From: Nitrosopumilus sp.
Lineage (GTDB): Archaea; Thermoproteota; Nitrososphaeria; Nitrososphaerales; Nitrosopumilaceae
DNA: 32,000 nt
Assembly: GCA_965205675.1 (NCBI GenBank)
Contig: OZ242186.1
Span: 1,273,533 to 1,305,532 of the forward strand
Reading direction: 5' to 3'
Shown: positions 16,931 to 25,053 of the stretch, piece by piece
How positions within the stretch are numbered: position 1 is the stretch's first letter
Layout: each line of letters begins with the position of its first letter
Notes under the pieces: model-generated
The model's database searches: none
What the model was told of the DNA's origin: nothing
Seen by the model: only the letters and a program-made list of their open reading frames with translations
Translations under genes and position numbers: made by a program

Positions 16931-17530
16931 ATGATGAGAATCCTCTCGGTTCCGACAAAAAGCCTGTTGCACGTGCCGTTTTTGAACCTCAAGGTAATCT
17001 CTGTATCACTGCGACAGATACTGTACATTGTTGTATGTGTCGTGTTACTGGCACAGGCACTTCACGGAGAAGACAATGTGCTCTTGGCAGTTCCTGCCAT
17101 GCTCTTTGCAGCACTTGCCTTTGTGCCATTTAAATTCATCACACCTGAGATGCATCTGATTCATGCACTTGCGTTTCGATTCGCCAAACCCGAACACCAT
17201 TCCAGAGACAAGACAAATTCCTCAGAAATGCTCTTTGCTGGAAGACAGTCATCTCAAATACAAGAAGAGCAGCAAGAGACAGTTCAGAGATTCACGATAA
17301 GTGATCTTGGTATGCCACATACCATATCCCTTGATACTACTGAGAAGAGACAGTTCGTGCCAGTCGGAATAGAGATTGATGGCAAAGTGCTAGTAAATAC
17401 TGCGACTGAAAGACATGGCAAAGTGTGCTGTACAATAATGATTGAGAGTCTGGGACCAAAAAAGATACGTGTGATTCGCGCAGAAGATGACTCTGTTTTG
17501 TATGATAGGAGGGTAATATTTGAGGGCTAG
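16931..17530 (+). CDS. Membrane protein with an N-terminal two-helix hairpin
   Basis: ILYIVVCVVLLAQAL and LLAVPAMLFAALAFVPFKFI are separated by a short loop, followed by a ~120-aa soluble region. Overlaps the next gene by 11 nt. Confidence 0.6.
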   Translation: MMRILSVPTKSLLHVPFLNLKVISVSLRQILYIVVCVVLLAQALHGEDNVLLAVPAMLFAALAFVPFKFITPEMHLIHALAFRFAKPEHHSRDKTNSSEMLFAGRQSSQIQEEQQETVQRFTISDLGMPHTISLDTTEKRQFVPVGIEIDGKVLVNTATERHGKVCCTIMIESLGPKKIRVIRAEDDSVLYDRRVIFEG

Positions 17531-19370
17531 TCTTGATGCCGTATTGTACAGCAGCCCCATATGTAACATAAAGAGATTTTTGCAAAGACCTCTTTCTGGA
17601 ATAATTCCGGTTCCGGGCCTTGAGGCTGCCATCATACTTGCCTCTGCAATACTCACTGTGGTCTTTATGATATCTGCCCTGAACTATATGACATCAAATG
17701 TGGAAGGAGAATTTGTCAGGCTGATCACTGACATGCCCAAATTCGACTTTCAGATAGTAGACGGGGCAGAGACTGGCAACTCTGCGTTTCTTATCTTCTC
17801 GATGCTGCGAGACTTGGCAAACTATTTCTTTGTCTTTGTTTTCATTCTTGTCGGAATACTTGTGATGTTTAAGCAAGCAGGTCTGGTCTCAAGCGAGACG
17901 ATAAAAAAGATGTTTCTCGGAGCTGCTGGCGGGATAATACTATTAATGATATTTCCGTACATTTGGGATCCGGTATCTGAAGCAGTTGAGATGTTCTCAA
18001 TATCGCTTCTAAATCCAATGTACTCTTTTGACGAATCAAACCCGTGCGTCGCAGCAACTGATCCTCGTGGACTGTTGTTTGCTGAGCAGAACGCCGAGAT
18101 CGGCAAGCGCTCTACGTTCTTTGGGCTGGGACTATCCACTGATGATTTGTGCAGACCTGACTTGCGAATATCCTACATGTTTGCAAAGGTAAGGTATGGC
18201 GCAGACGTTGGAACTGCCTTTGAGACAGGCAGCGATCTTGAGGTGCTGACAAACTTTGCAAGCCAGATATCTGAGAGCTTTGTAACTACTATCTTTACTG
18301 GATTGACCAAAACTGTGATGCTGTTTTACATGGCTACAATGACTGCCCTGGTTGGCAATGTCCGTTATTTGCTGGTAAATGTGATTGCAATAGCCCTGCC
18401 CTTGCTACTTGTGTTCCGCTCTCTTCCGTTTTTCTATATCGACAAGATATCAAATACGCTGCTATCGACATGGGTTCCGCTAGTTATGGTGCCGATATTT
18501 TCCTGTCTGATAATTCTTGCAGGAACGTCAGACCTGCTTGACAGGGAAGCACAAGTATCTGACGGGGTCGACAGATATGACTTTTGGCTGCACTCCATGT
18601 CAGTAATGATGCTTGCGGTAATGATACCGATAATTGTCGCACCCATATTGGGTTCGCTCTCAAATACAATGGGGCAGATGGTAATGTCCGGTGTGATGTC
18701 AGGAGTAATGGGTGGCGCTGCAATGGCTCAGGGCGCTGCCTCAAGGGCGGGCGGCGGAATTGCACAAAGGTTTGCAGCAGGCCGGTCTGCAATGGGACCC
18801 TCCTCGATGAGCGGCGCAATAAGTATTCCCGGAGCTGCCGGTGGATTTGCCGGCGGACTAAAGGCGGCATTTGGCAAGGCAGGAATCGCATCAACTGCCA
18901 AGGACGTGACACATGGACTGGGAACTGGAGCCACTGGCATGATACAGTCCGATGCGTTTCAGGCTGGCCGTGCAGCTCCTGGTGTCAGCATGGGTCCTGT
19001 CAACTTTGATTCGTTTGCACGAGATGCCGGAGTGATTCCAATTAATGGCGGCATCAGACCCGGACTGGTAACACTTGCACAATCTCAAGCATCTGGTGCT
19101 GCCTCCGCAGCTCCTCCTGTTATAGTTACAGGCGGCGGCACTCTTCCGGCAGGTGAGGTCATGAGAACAGGATCTCCGATATTTGCAGGAGGTGGCGGCA
19201 CTCCGGCAGTCAGTGCACCGCAGCAAGGTGCCATGCCAAGGGGATTCTCGCATCCTCCTGCAGGTGATGGCGGTGCGACATATACTGCTGGGGGACAAAG
19301 GGTTGGTACAAGTCCTGTTGGGAATCCAAAGGAGAAATTCAAAGGAAGTAAAGACAGGGGGAAGGTCTGA
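17520..19370 (+). CDS. Polytopic membrane protein with a long Gly/Ala/Ser/Pro-rich tail; TrbL/VirB6-like by architecture
   Basis: TTG start with GGAGGG at 17508-17513, 6 nt upstream. About 7 hydrophobic segments by eye. C-terminal ~230 aa of low complexity (GVMGGAAMAQGAASRAGGGIAQRFAAGRSAMG...). The CDS call is firm; the family assignment is inferred from architecture only. Confidence 0.65.
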   Translation: MRASLDAVLYSSPICNIKRFLQRPLSGIIPVPGLEAAIILASAILTVVFMISALNYMTSNVEGEFVRLITDMPKFDFQIVDGAETGNSAFLIFSMLRDLANYFFVFVFILVGILVMFKQAGLVSSETIKKMFLGAAGGIILLMIFPYIWDPVSEAVEMFSISLLNPMYSFDESNPCVAATDPRGLLFAEQNAEIGKRSTFFGLGLSTDDLCRPDLRISYMFAKVRYGADVGTAFETGSDLEVLTNFASQISESFVTTIFTGLTKTVMLFYMATMTALVGNVRYLLVNVIAIALPLLLVFRSLPFFYIDKISNTLLSTWVPLVMVPIFSCLIILAGTSDLLDREAQVSDGVDRYDFWLHSMSVMMLAVMIPIIVAPILGSLSNTMGQMVMSGVMSGVMGGAAMAQGAASRAGGGIAQRFAAGRSAMGPSSMSGAISIPGAAGGFAGGLKAAFGKAGIASTAKDVTHGLGTGATGMIQSDAFQAGRAAPGVSMGPVNFDSFARDAGVIPINGGIRPGLVTLAQSQASGAASAAPPVIVTGGGTLPAGEVMRTGSPIFAGGGGTPAVSAPQQGAMPRGFSHPPAGDGGATYTAGGQRVGTSPVGNPKEKFKGSKDRGKV

Positions 19371-19455
19371 CATTGCACCGCCCCATGACCACACATCATA
19401 CTCGACTGTACAGGCACAAAAACCAAACAATCTTTAAAAACTCTGGTGAGATAGT

Positions 19456-21396
19456 ATGCCCATGTTAGCACTGATGCCGGGAGAAATCCAGATAATGGAG
19501 GTGCCCCTCAAGAAAAACAAGACGCTTTCTGCAAGCAACACAAGAATTGTCGTATATGGGAATGACGGCATGACGTTTGCAGCACCCATAGAAACGGTGC
19601 GTTCTGTAACTCCAATAAAAAAAGATGCCGTGCGAATTCAGCATTACTCCCAAAAGGCAGACGGCTCAGCCAAAAGGGAGTTTTCTGATTACAAGTTACA
19701 TGATTCTAAATATTCAGCAGCCCAGGTATGCCACAAGATAGTCCGGGAATATGAGAAACTGGAGACCTTTGCAACAAATGCCAAGGGACTGCTAATCCTA
19801 AAGCCCCACGAACACATCATCACCACATACAGTGATGCCAAGACAAACCAAGGAAAGGGACTGCTCTATGTGACAAACCTCGGAATCGCACTGGAGGTCC
19901 CTGACGAGGGAGTCGTATGTGATGTGCCATTTGAGAACTTTTCACTGGTTACCGCACTCAAAAAGAAAAAGATACGCATTGTATGGTATGAGGGATCCTC
20001 AAAGTTCAAGTTTGACTTTGAGATAGGTGCAGGGCGCGATGATATAATGTCAATGATGCAAAATGCACTGGACCAGCACCGCACCAATACCGGATATCAT
20101 TTTTTACAGCTGGAACAAAAATATTCCAAGCTGACACCTGACGAGTTTTATGCACTGGCCCAATCTGCAAACCCCGAATTTTTTGACTATCTGAGACGCC
20201 ACGCAATTCACACCTTTGGGTTTTATGCTGTAAAGTTTACCGACGGCGATGAAAGCGTAATAATGGCCTGCAAGATGCTGGGATATCCAATAGAGATGAT
20301 ATCTGATATTTCAGATGAGGAGATGAATCAGAGAAAGACCACATATGACTCTGCATTAAGATACACTAATTTCATTGCAGAGTGGAGGGGACAAAAGGCA
20401 GAGCTTGACTCACTTGAGAAGCAGTGCAGTACTGCTGATGATCTCAAAGTATTGCAAAAGACTGAAAAGTACAAAAAAATTCAAGAGTCCATGGATAGTC
20501 TCTGCAGAGAGAACAGCGAGTTTGGAGATTACGGCGCATACAAAATGGAGCTGCAGGCATCAGCTTGGGGACTCCAAGCAGATGACAGACGCTCTCAAAT
20601 AATCTATGAAAAGTGGTGTGAGAGCAATCCTTTACCTGACATAAGTGATGACGTATATGATGAGTCGTGGGTGCGATATCTCTCTGAGAAACTAAACAAC
20701 TCAAAGGGAAGAAATCCGCTTGTTACGTCACATCCGCACTTTGAGCACCTGCAAGACGACATTAAAACCAAAAATCGAAACGCATCCACACTTGAGATGT
20801 TCACTGCACCTGAGGGAATCCCAGATGAGGATATTTACAACAACTGCTGGCATGACAGGCGCTCCAAGATGTGGTATGTCCAAAATGACAATTTAAATGA
20901 GCATCTACGCAATGCCGCGGTATCTGATCCTGACCACTCACAGCACGTGTGTGGCAGACGTGTATGGGGATTCTCTGAAGATGTCGTTGAGATGTTTTGC
21001 GGACTGCCGGCAGTATCAGTGCAGTATGATGAAAAGGACTATTATTATCGTGTAAAGGTCAGCAGAAGGACAGGCCGTGAGGTTAATTATTTATCAAAGG
21101 CAATCCTTCCATTTATCCTGCCAATTCTTAGAGAGGAGGATGTTACAGAAGAGAGGGCATCACATAATGGAAAATGGGTCCGTGAAACAAGCGCCCTTGC
21201 ATACTCCGTTGACTCTACAGGTTCTGAATTAAATCGCACCCCAAAAGAGTACGAACTGTACTGCAAAAAATGGGGCTTTGTACATCTGCCAATAGCTGAG
21301 AGGGTGAGACGCGCCGTGTTTTCTGTAATGTCTGGCATTACACTAGAGGAGATAGAGACAGAGAAAGGAATGCCTGAAGAACTGACTAATCTTTGA
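19456..21396 (+). CDS. Large cytoplasmic protein of unknown function; two PH/GRAM-like N-terminal modules
   Basis: GGTGA lies 6 nt upstream of the ATG. LMPGEIQIMEV...RIVVYGNDG...IETVRSV and GKGLLYVTNLGIALEV...FENFSLV...IRIVWYEG resemble bacterial-PH/GRAM patterns. No Walker motifs and no TM segments. Confidence 0.65.
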   Translation: MPMLALMPGEIQIMEVPLKKNKTLSASNTRIVVYGNDGMTFAAPIETVRSVTPIKKDAVRIQHYSQKADGSAKREFSDYKLHDSKYSAAQVCHKIVREYEKLETFATNAKGLLILKPHEHIITTYSDAKTNQGKGLLYVTNLGIALEVPDEGVVCDVPFENFSLVTALKKKKIRIVWYEGSSKFKFDFEIGAGRDDIMSMMQNALDQHRTNTGYHFLQLEQKYSKLTPDEFYALAQSANPEFFDYLRRHAIHTFGFYAVKFTDGDESVIMACKMLGYPIEMISDISDEEMNQRKTTYDSALRYTNFIAEWRGQKAELDSLEKQCSTADDLKVLQKTEKYKKIQESMDSLCRENSEFGDYGAYKMELQASAWGLQADDRRSQIIYEKWCESNPLPDISDDVYDESWVRYLSEKLNNSKGRNPLVTSHPHFEHLQDDIKTKNRNASTLEMFTAPEGIPDEDIYNNCWHDRRSKMWYVQNDNLNEHLRNAAVSDPDHSQHVCGRRVWGFSEDVVEMFCGLPAVSVQYDEKDYYYRVKVSRRTGREVNYLSKAILPFILPILREEDVTEERASHNGKWVRETSALAYSVDSTGSELNRTPKEYELYCKKWGFVHLPIAERVRRAVFSVMSGITLEEIETEKGMPEELTNL

Positions 21397-21612
21397 GAGT
21401 CATTGTATCTTGTAGGAGAGAGTGTTTTGTCTGAATTTTCGAGTCGGTGTAAAAAGATGTGCAGGAGATAAAGACCATCGAAGGCGGCGTGTCGGAAGTG
21501 TGATATTTGATGTGTACAGTCAATCTCTGATTAATCATTGCCAATACCGTTTCCTGGAATTAAAATATGCTGAGAGTCTCACCTGCCCTTTATCAAAATA
21601 CAAAAATGCCCA

Positions 21613-21622
21613 CTTAATACAA
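21613..21622 (+). promoter_or_regulatory. TATA-like box CTTAATACAA
   Basis: 17 nt separate it from ATG 21640. Identical decamer to 13118-13127. Confidence 0.4.
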
Positions 21623-21639
21623 AAAACCCAGTATCATAT

Positions 21640-24375
21640 ATGCTGTATGTAGTGATTCTTGCCACGCTCCTCATTGCAGGAATTGTAGGCGTGAGCGTGA
21701 TTGCAGTTGATAACGTAACTAGTGTCTCAAATACTGCAACTGATTCTGCAAAAATCGACAACCTCAGAAATTCAGAATACATTGATGCATATTTTGATGG
21801 TGCAGATATCCACCTGGAGAACCGCGGTCGAGATACCTCGGAGATTGCAATGATACGTTTCTATGATGATAAAGGAGATGAGGTGAGAATAATCCACCTT
21901 CCTGATGGGACTGACCGTGTATTTGGTGGCGACATGCCTTCTACTGCATCAACTGATCTGACATATGATGATTCGCAGCTCTTGCCACACGACCCGCAAA
22001 TCATTACTGTTCCAATTCACAACTCTACTGTATCGGGGGAAATAATAACAAAATATGGCAACGTGATCCCGATAAGAAACATGCATCCTGATAGCCTTGG
22101 TGATGAAACCGGTGATGGCAGTAACACAAACGGTACTGCCACTGTAAATGGACTCGGATTAAACTCAAGGATTGCCCAAAAAGATTTTGATGGCGTCATT
22201 GTTACAGGTAGTTCTAATTCTGTCGGAGATGCTCATGACGTTGTGCCGTATCTGTCGATTCCCCGCACAACAGCGGATTCCCGCCCATACGTTGCAATTA
22301 TTGGAGATACCGATCCGGTGACGGTACATAACATTCCCACTCTTGATTCTCGTTATGAATTACGTGATGGTTACCTACACGATAGAAATGCCCAGAATCT
22401 GCTGTTGTTTTCAAATAACACTGTTGTTGGTGGTCAAAATAGTTTTAGCATCCGTAGCGGCTACTATGAAGTTACAGGAAACGGCACAACCATTTTCAAA
22501 ATAGACGAGTCGCTTTACGGTAGAATACTTGATCTTAGCGGTTCTGTTCCATCAGGCAGCTCTTTGAAAATTGTAACATCGGAGAAAAACCTCAATGACG
22601 GTGACATATATCAGTCTCTGCTTGGCCGGGATGACCCACCTCAGCATGAATATGGGTATTATATTGGAGACATGACGTGTACTGATCTAGTTCGTGAAGG
22701 ATCTTATGATTTCAATTACCGGCGTGATCTGTTTCGGTCTATAGACCAATATGATTTGAAATGCCTTATGGATGAAGTACCGATTTCACACCCGTCCAAT
22801 GTTTATGTCTATCATGAAGAGACATTTGTTAAAAGAGAATATGGTTCTAATTGTGGATCTAATCCTAGCCTCCCGGGCTGTTTTATCGGGGTTAACCCCC
22901 GCTGGCAGCATGGTACAATTACTCTGAGCACAATAACAGCTACACCATCTCACAGCGATGTTCCAAATGCATTATACATAGATCTGATTTCAGAGAAAAA
23001 CCAAACTGGGGTTCACATGCTAAGTGGAATGGTCGTCAATATGGACGATGCTTTTTCGCAAAAGTGTTACCCATGTACCAAATATGATATATGGAACATT
23101 GATAATCGCCCTGAGACACCATCATATCACGTATTTGATGATGCGGTCCTAGCAGACAGGACTTGGGAATTTGGTCCTGCAATCAATGAAGAATTTGTGT
23201 TTCCAATTACTAATTCTTATATCATAATTGAGCCAAACGGCCAGACAGTTAGGATTCGTGCATCAAATGATTCTCATTCCAATGGTGACTTTGACTCCTC
23301 CGTTCTTTCGATAACTAATATTGATCCTTCTACGCCGTTTCGCATAATGAAGGACGACAAGGTTATGGCTACAGGGGTATCGAATCGTAACGGTGGCATT
23401 TATACCGTCTCGCTGAATCTTGATACTGATATAGGCGATAAGACAGACGAGGGATGGAAATTGCATCTGTATCCTGAATCATCTGTTCATCGCGATCTCT
23501 TTGACTTTGTGATCTTTGACCCCATAAACGATCAGAAAATACAGAAAACACACACTGATGATGATGAGCGCACGGTGTATGTCACTCATACATACGTGCG
23601 TCTACCATTGGTCGGGGGGATAAATGTTACTGATATGAGGCTTCTTGAAGATGATGGTGGGAATTTAATGCCACTGAATCTGGACTATCTGAATAAATAC
23701 TATGACGGAAACACTATCGAGGTTCCTATCATTCCGGGATATGATTCCATTGACTTTTATGCAAACGGCATACATGCAAATATCAAATATGTTGACGTTT
23801 TGGGCCGCCCTGAAATTATGATTGCCGAACCCGACTCATCGCATGTCAGTTACATACATCCTTCCCGCGACATACGTTCAGTTGAAACTCGAGTTGGTAC
23901 TACTGCATATGCCATCGCAACATCTGCTGGTACCATGCATGCCATTGTGTCTGAGACACTGTCAGGCAGTGCAACAATCACAAACAAATATGATTTACAA
24001 AAGATTCCACCTCCTCCTCCGCCCCCAAGGAGATATGATCCTCTTACCGGCTGGGTCGAAGTCTATGTAAATGGAGATCTTCAGAAAAGGACGGAGTTGG
24101 GTATAGACGCATTTCCTGACTTTACTAACTCCCATGATCGAAGCGGCCGGACTGTAACGGTTGGTGTGGAATACGCGTATCCGACCACTTTCATGCAGGC
24201 AACAGTGTCAGTTGATGTAGAACCGGGAGATTTTGTAGAGTTTTATCTGTATGGTCACATACAAGGAGACATTGAAGAGTATGTGGCGCCACGTGGATGG
24301 CGAATTGTCTCTGAATCAGGAGAATCAAGTGCCCATGTGACCCTTCACAGCGCATCAATTCTAACCGGCCAGTAG
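21640..24375 (+). CDS. 911-aa surface protein with FlaF/FlaG/pilin-like N-terminus (candidate filament or adhesin subunit)
   Basis: MLYVVILATLLIAGIVGVSVIAV helix followed by ADIHLENRGRDTSEIAMIRFYDDKGDEV. Long Ser/Thr/Asp/Gly-rich, probably beta-rich body. Poly-Pro stretch IPPPPPPPRR encoded at 24007-24027. Confidence 0.65.
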   Translation: MLYVVILATLLIAGIVGVSVIAVDNVTSVSNTATDSAKIDNLRNSEYIDAYFDGADIHLENRGRDTSEIAMIRFYDDKGDEVRIIHLPDGTDRVFGGDMPSTASTDLTYDDSQLLPHDPQIITVPIHNSTVSGEIITKYGNVIPIRNMHPDSLGDETGDGSNTNGTATVNGLGLNSRIAQKDFDGVIVTGSSNSVGDAHDVVPYLSIPRTTADSRPYVAIIGDTDPVTVHNIPTLDSRYELRDGYLHDRNAQNLLLFSNNTVVGGQNSFSIRSGYYEVTGNGTTIFKIDESLYGRILDLSGSVPSGSSLKIVTSEKNLNDGDIYQSLLGRDDPPQHEYGYYIGDMTCTDLVREGSYDFNYRRDLFRSIDQYDLKCLMDEVPISHPSNVYVYHEETFVKREYGSNCGSNPSLPGCFIGVNPRWQHGTITLSTITATPSHSDVPNALYIDLISEKNQTGVHMLSGMVVNMDDAFSQKCYPCTKYDIWNIDNRPETPSYHVFDDAVLADRTWEFGPAINEEFVFPITNSYIIIEPNGQTVRIRASNDSHSNGDFDSSVLSITNIDPSTPFRIMKDDKVMATGVSNRNGGIYTVSLNLDTDIGDKTDEGWKLHLYPESSVHRDLFDFVIFDPINDQKIQKTHTDDDERTVYVTHTYVRLPLVGGINVTDMRLLEDDGGNLMPLNLDYLNKYYDGNTIEVPIIPGYDSIDFYANGIHANIKYVDVLGRPEIMIAEPDSSHVSYIHPSRDIRSVETRVGTTAYAIATSAGTMHAIVSETLSGSATITNKYDLQKIPPPPPPPRRYDPLTGWVEVYVNGDLQKRTELGIDAFPDFTNSHDRSGRTVTVGVEYAYPTTFMQATVSVDVEPGDFVEFYLYGHIQGDIEEYVAPRGWRIVSESGESSAHVTLHSASILTGQ

Positions 24376-24398
24376 CGATAAATAATGCAGACGCTGCA

Positions 24399-24431
24399 CT
24401 CTGATGATTTTATCGTTATTTTGCATCAGAG
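24399..24431. terminator. Hairpin CTCTGATG-(17 nt T-rich loop)-CATCAGAG between convergent genes
   Basis: 8-bp perfect stem. The loop ATTTTATCGTTATTTTG provides T-tracts on the + strand. Sits 24 nt after the stop of 21640-24375 and overlaps the 3' end of the - strand SWIM ORF. Confidence 0.3.
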
Positions 24432-24796
24432 GAACCGGCAGGTTCGCGATGCCTCGTTAACTTGCCAGTTCCAAATCCAATCTTGATTATTGTAGTGGAA
24501 CTGCATTTAGAGCATATTTGAGGTTGCTCAGTTTTCTCAATTTTGTTCTGAATTGAGATATTTTCTTTTAGCATGATACAGCTCCGAATGTGCTTACAGT
24601 GTTTGTTGTCTTTAGTTCTCAACCTAAAATGAAAATCATCACATTGGCAAACCCATACATCTGTATCTCTTAGCTTCTCAACACTGTATCTCTTATCTGA
24701 GTTTTGAGATTCTACAATAAAATGATTGTTTGTAACTTTTCTAATTGAGTTTGTCTTTGAATAGATCTGAGTTGCTTTTTGCTCTCTTTGATTCAT
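24416..24796 (-). CDS. SWIM zinc-finger protein with a C-terminal CxxC half-ribbon
   Basis: VWVCQCDDFHFRLRTKDNKHCKHI fits the SWIM C-x-C-x(n)-C-x-H pattern. C-terminal QICSKCSSTTIIKIGFGTGK resembles the N-terminal zinc ribbon of some transposase ORFs but has no partner CxxC. Confidence 0.55.
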   Translation of the reverse strand: MNQREQKATQIYSKTNSIRKVTNNHFIVESQNSDKRYSVEKLRDTDVWVCQCDDFHFRLRTKDNKHCKHIRSCIMLKENISIQNKIEKTEQPQICSKCSSTTIIKIGFGTGKLTRHREPAGSSDAK

Positions 24797-24879
24797 ACAT
24801 AATATTATCCGTATGCTTATTTATTGCTTACTGTTAACCGATCGCTTATTATAGATGAGATATAATTAAAAAACATAAT

Positions 24880-25053
24880 TTGACACGTTGGAAAAAAGAT
24901 GAGAGTGATTTTTTAGTAAGATTATCAGATGATGGAAGACACAGTACAATTTGCAGAATACCAAAACCGATCTTGCAATTCCTAAATAATCCAGAAGCTA
25001 TTAGGTTTGTAATTGAGGGTAAGAAGATCACAGTCAAAAGAGGTTTGAAATAG
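24880..25053 (+). CDS. AbrB/SpoVT-like small DNA-binding protein (57 aa, TTG start); absent from the ORF track
   Basis: My own translation: (M)TRWKKDESDFLVRLSDDGRHSTICRIPKPILQFLNNPEAIRFVIEGKKITVKRGLK*. The RIPKPI...I-x-F-x-I-x-G-x-K-I-x-V pattern is typical of AbrB/MazE swapped-hairpin domains. Its TAG shares a base with the methyltransferase GTG (TAGTG). Confidence 0.45.
   Translation: MTRWKKDESDFLVRLSDDGRHSTICRIPKPILQFLNNPEAIRFVIEGKKITVKRGLK

Noticed and set aside
18434-19471. Long reverse-strand and alternative-frame ORFs (up to 179 aa) over the 3' part of 17520-19370
   Set aside because: They coincide with the locally GC-rich Gly/Ala-coding tail, where stop codons are rare in all frames. 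They have no start context or recognisable motifs.
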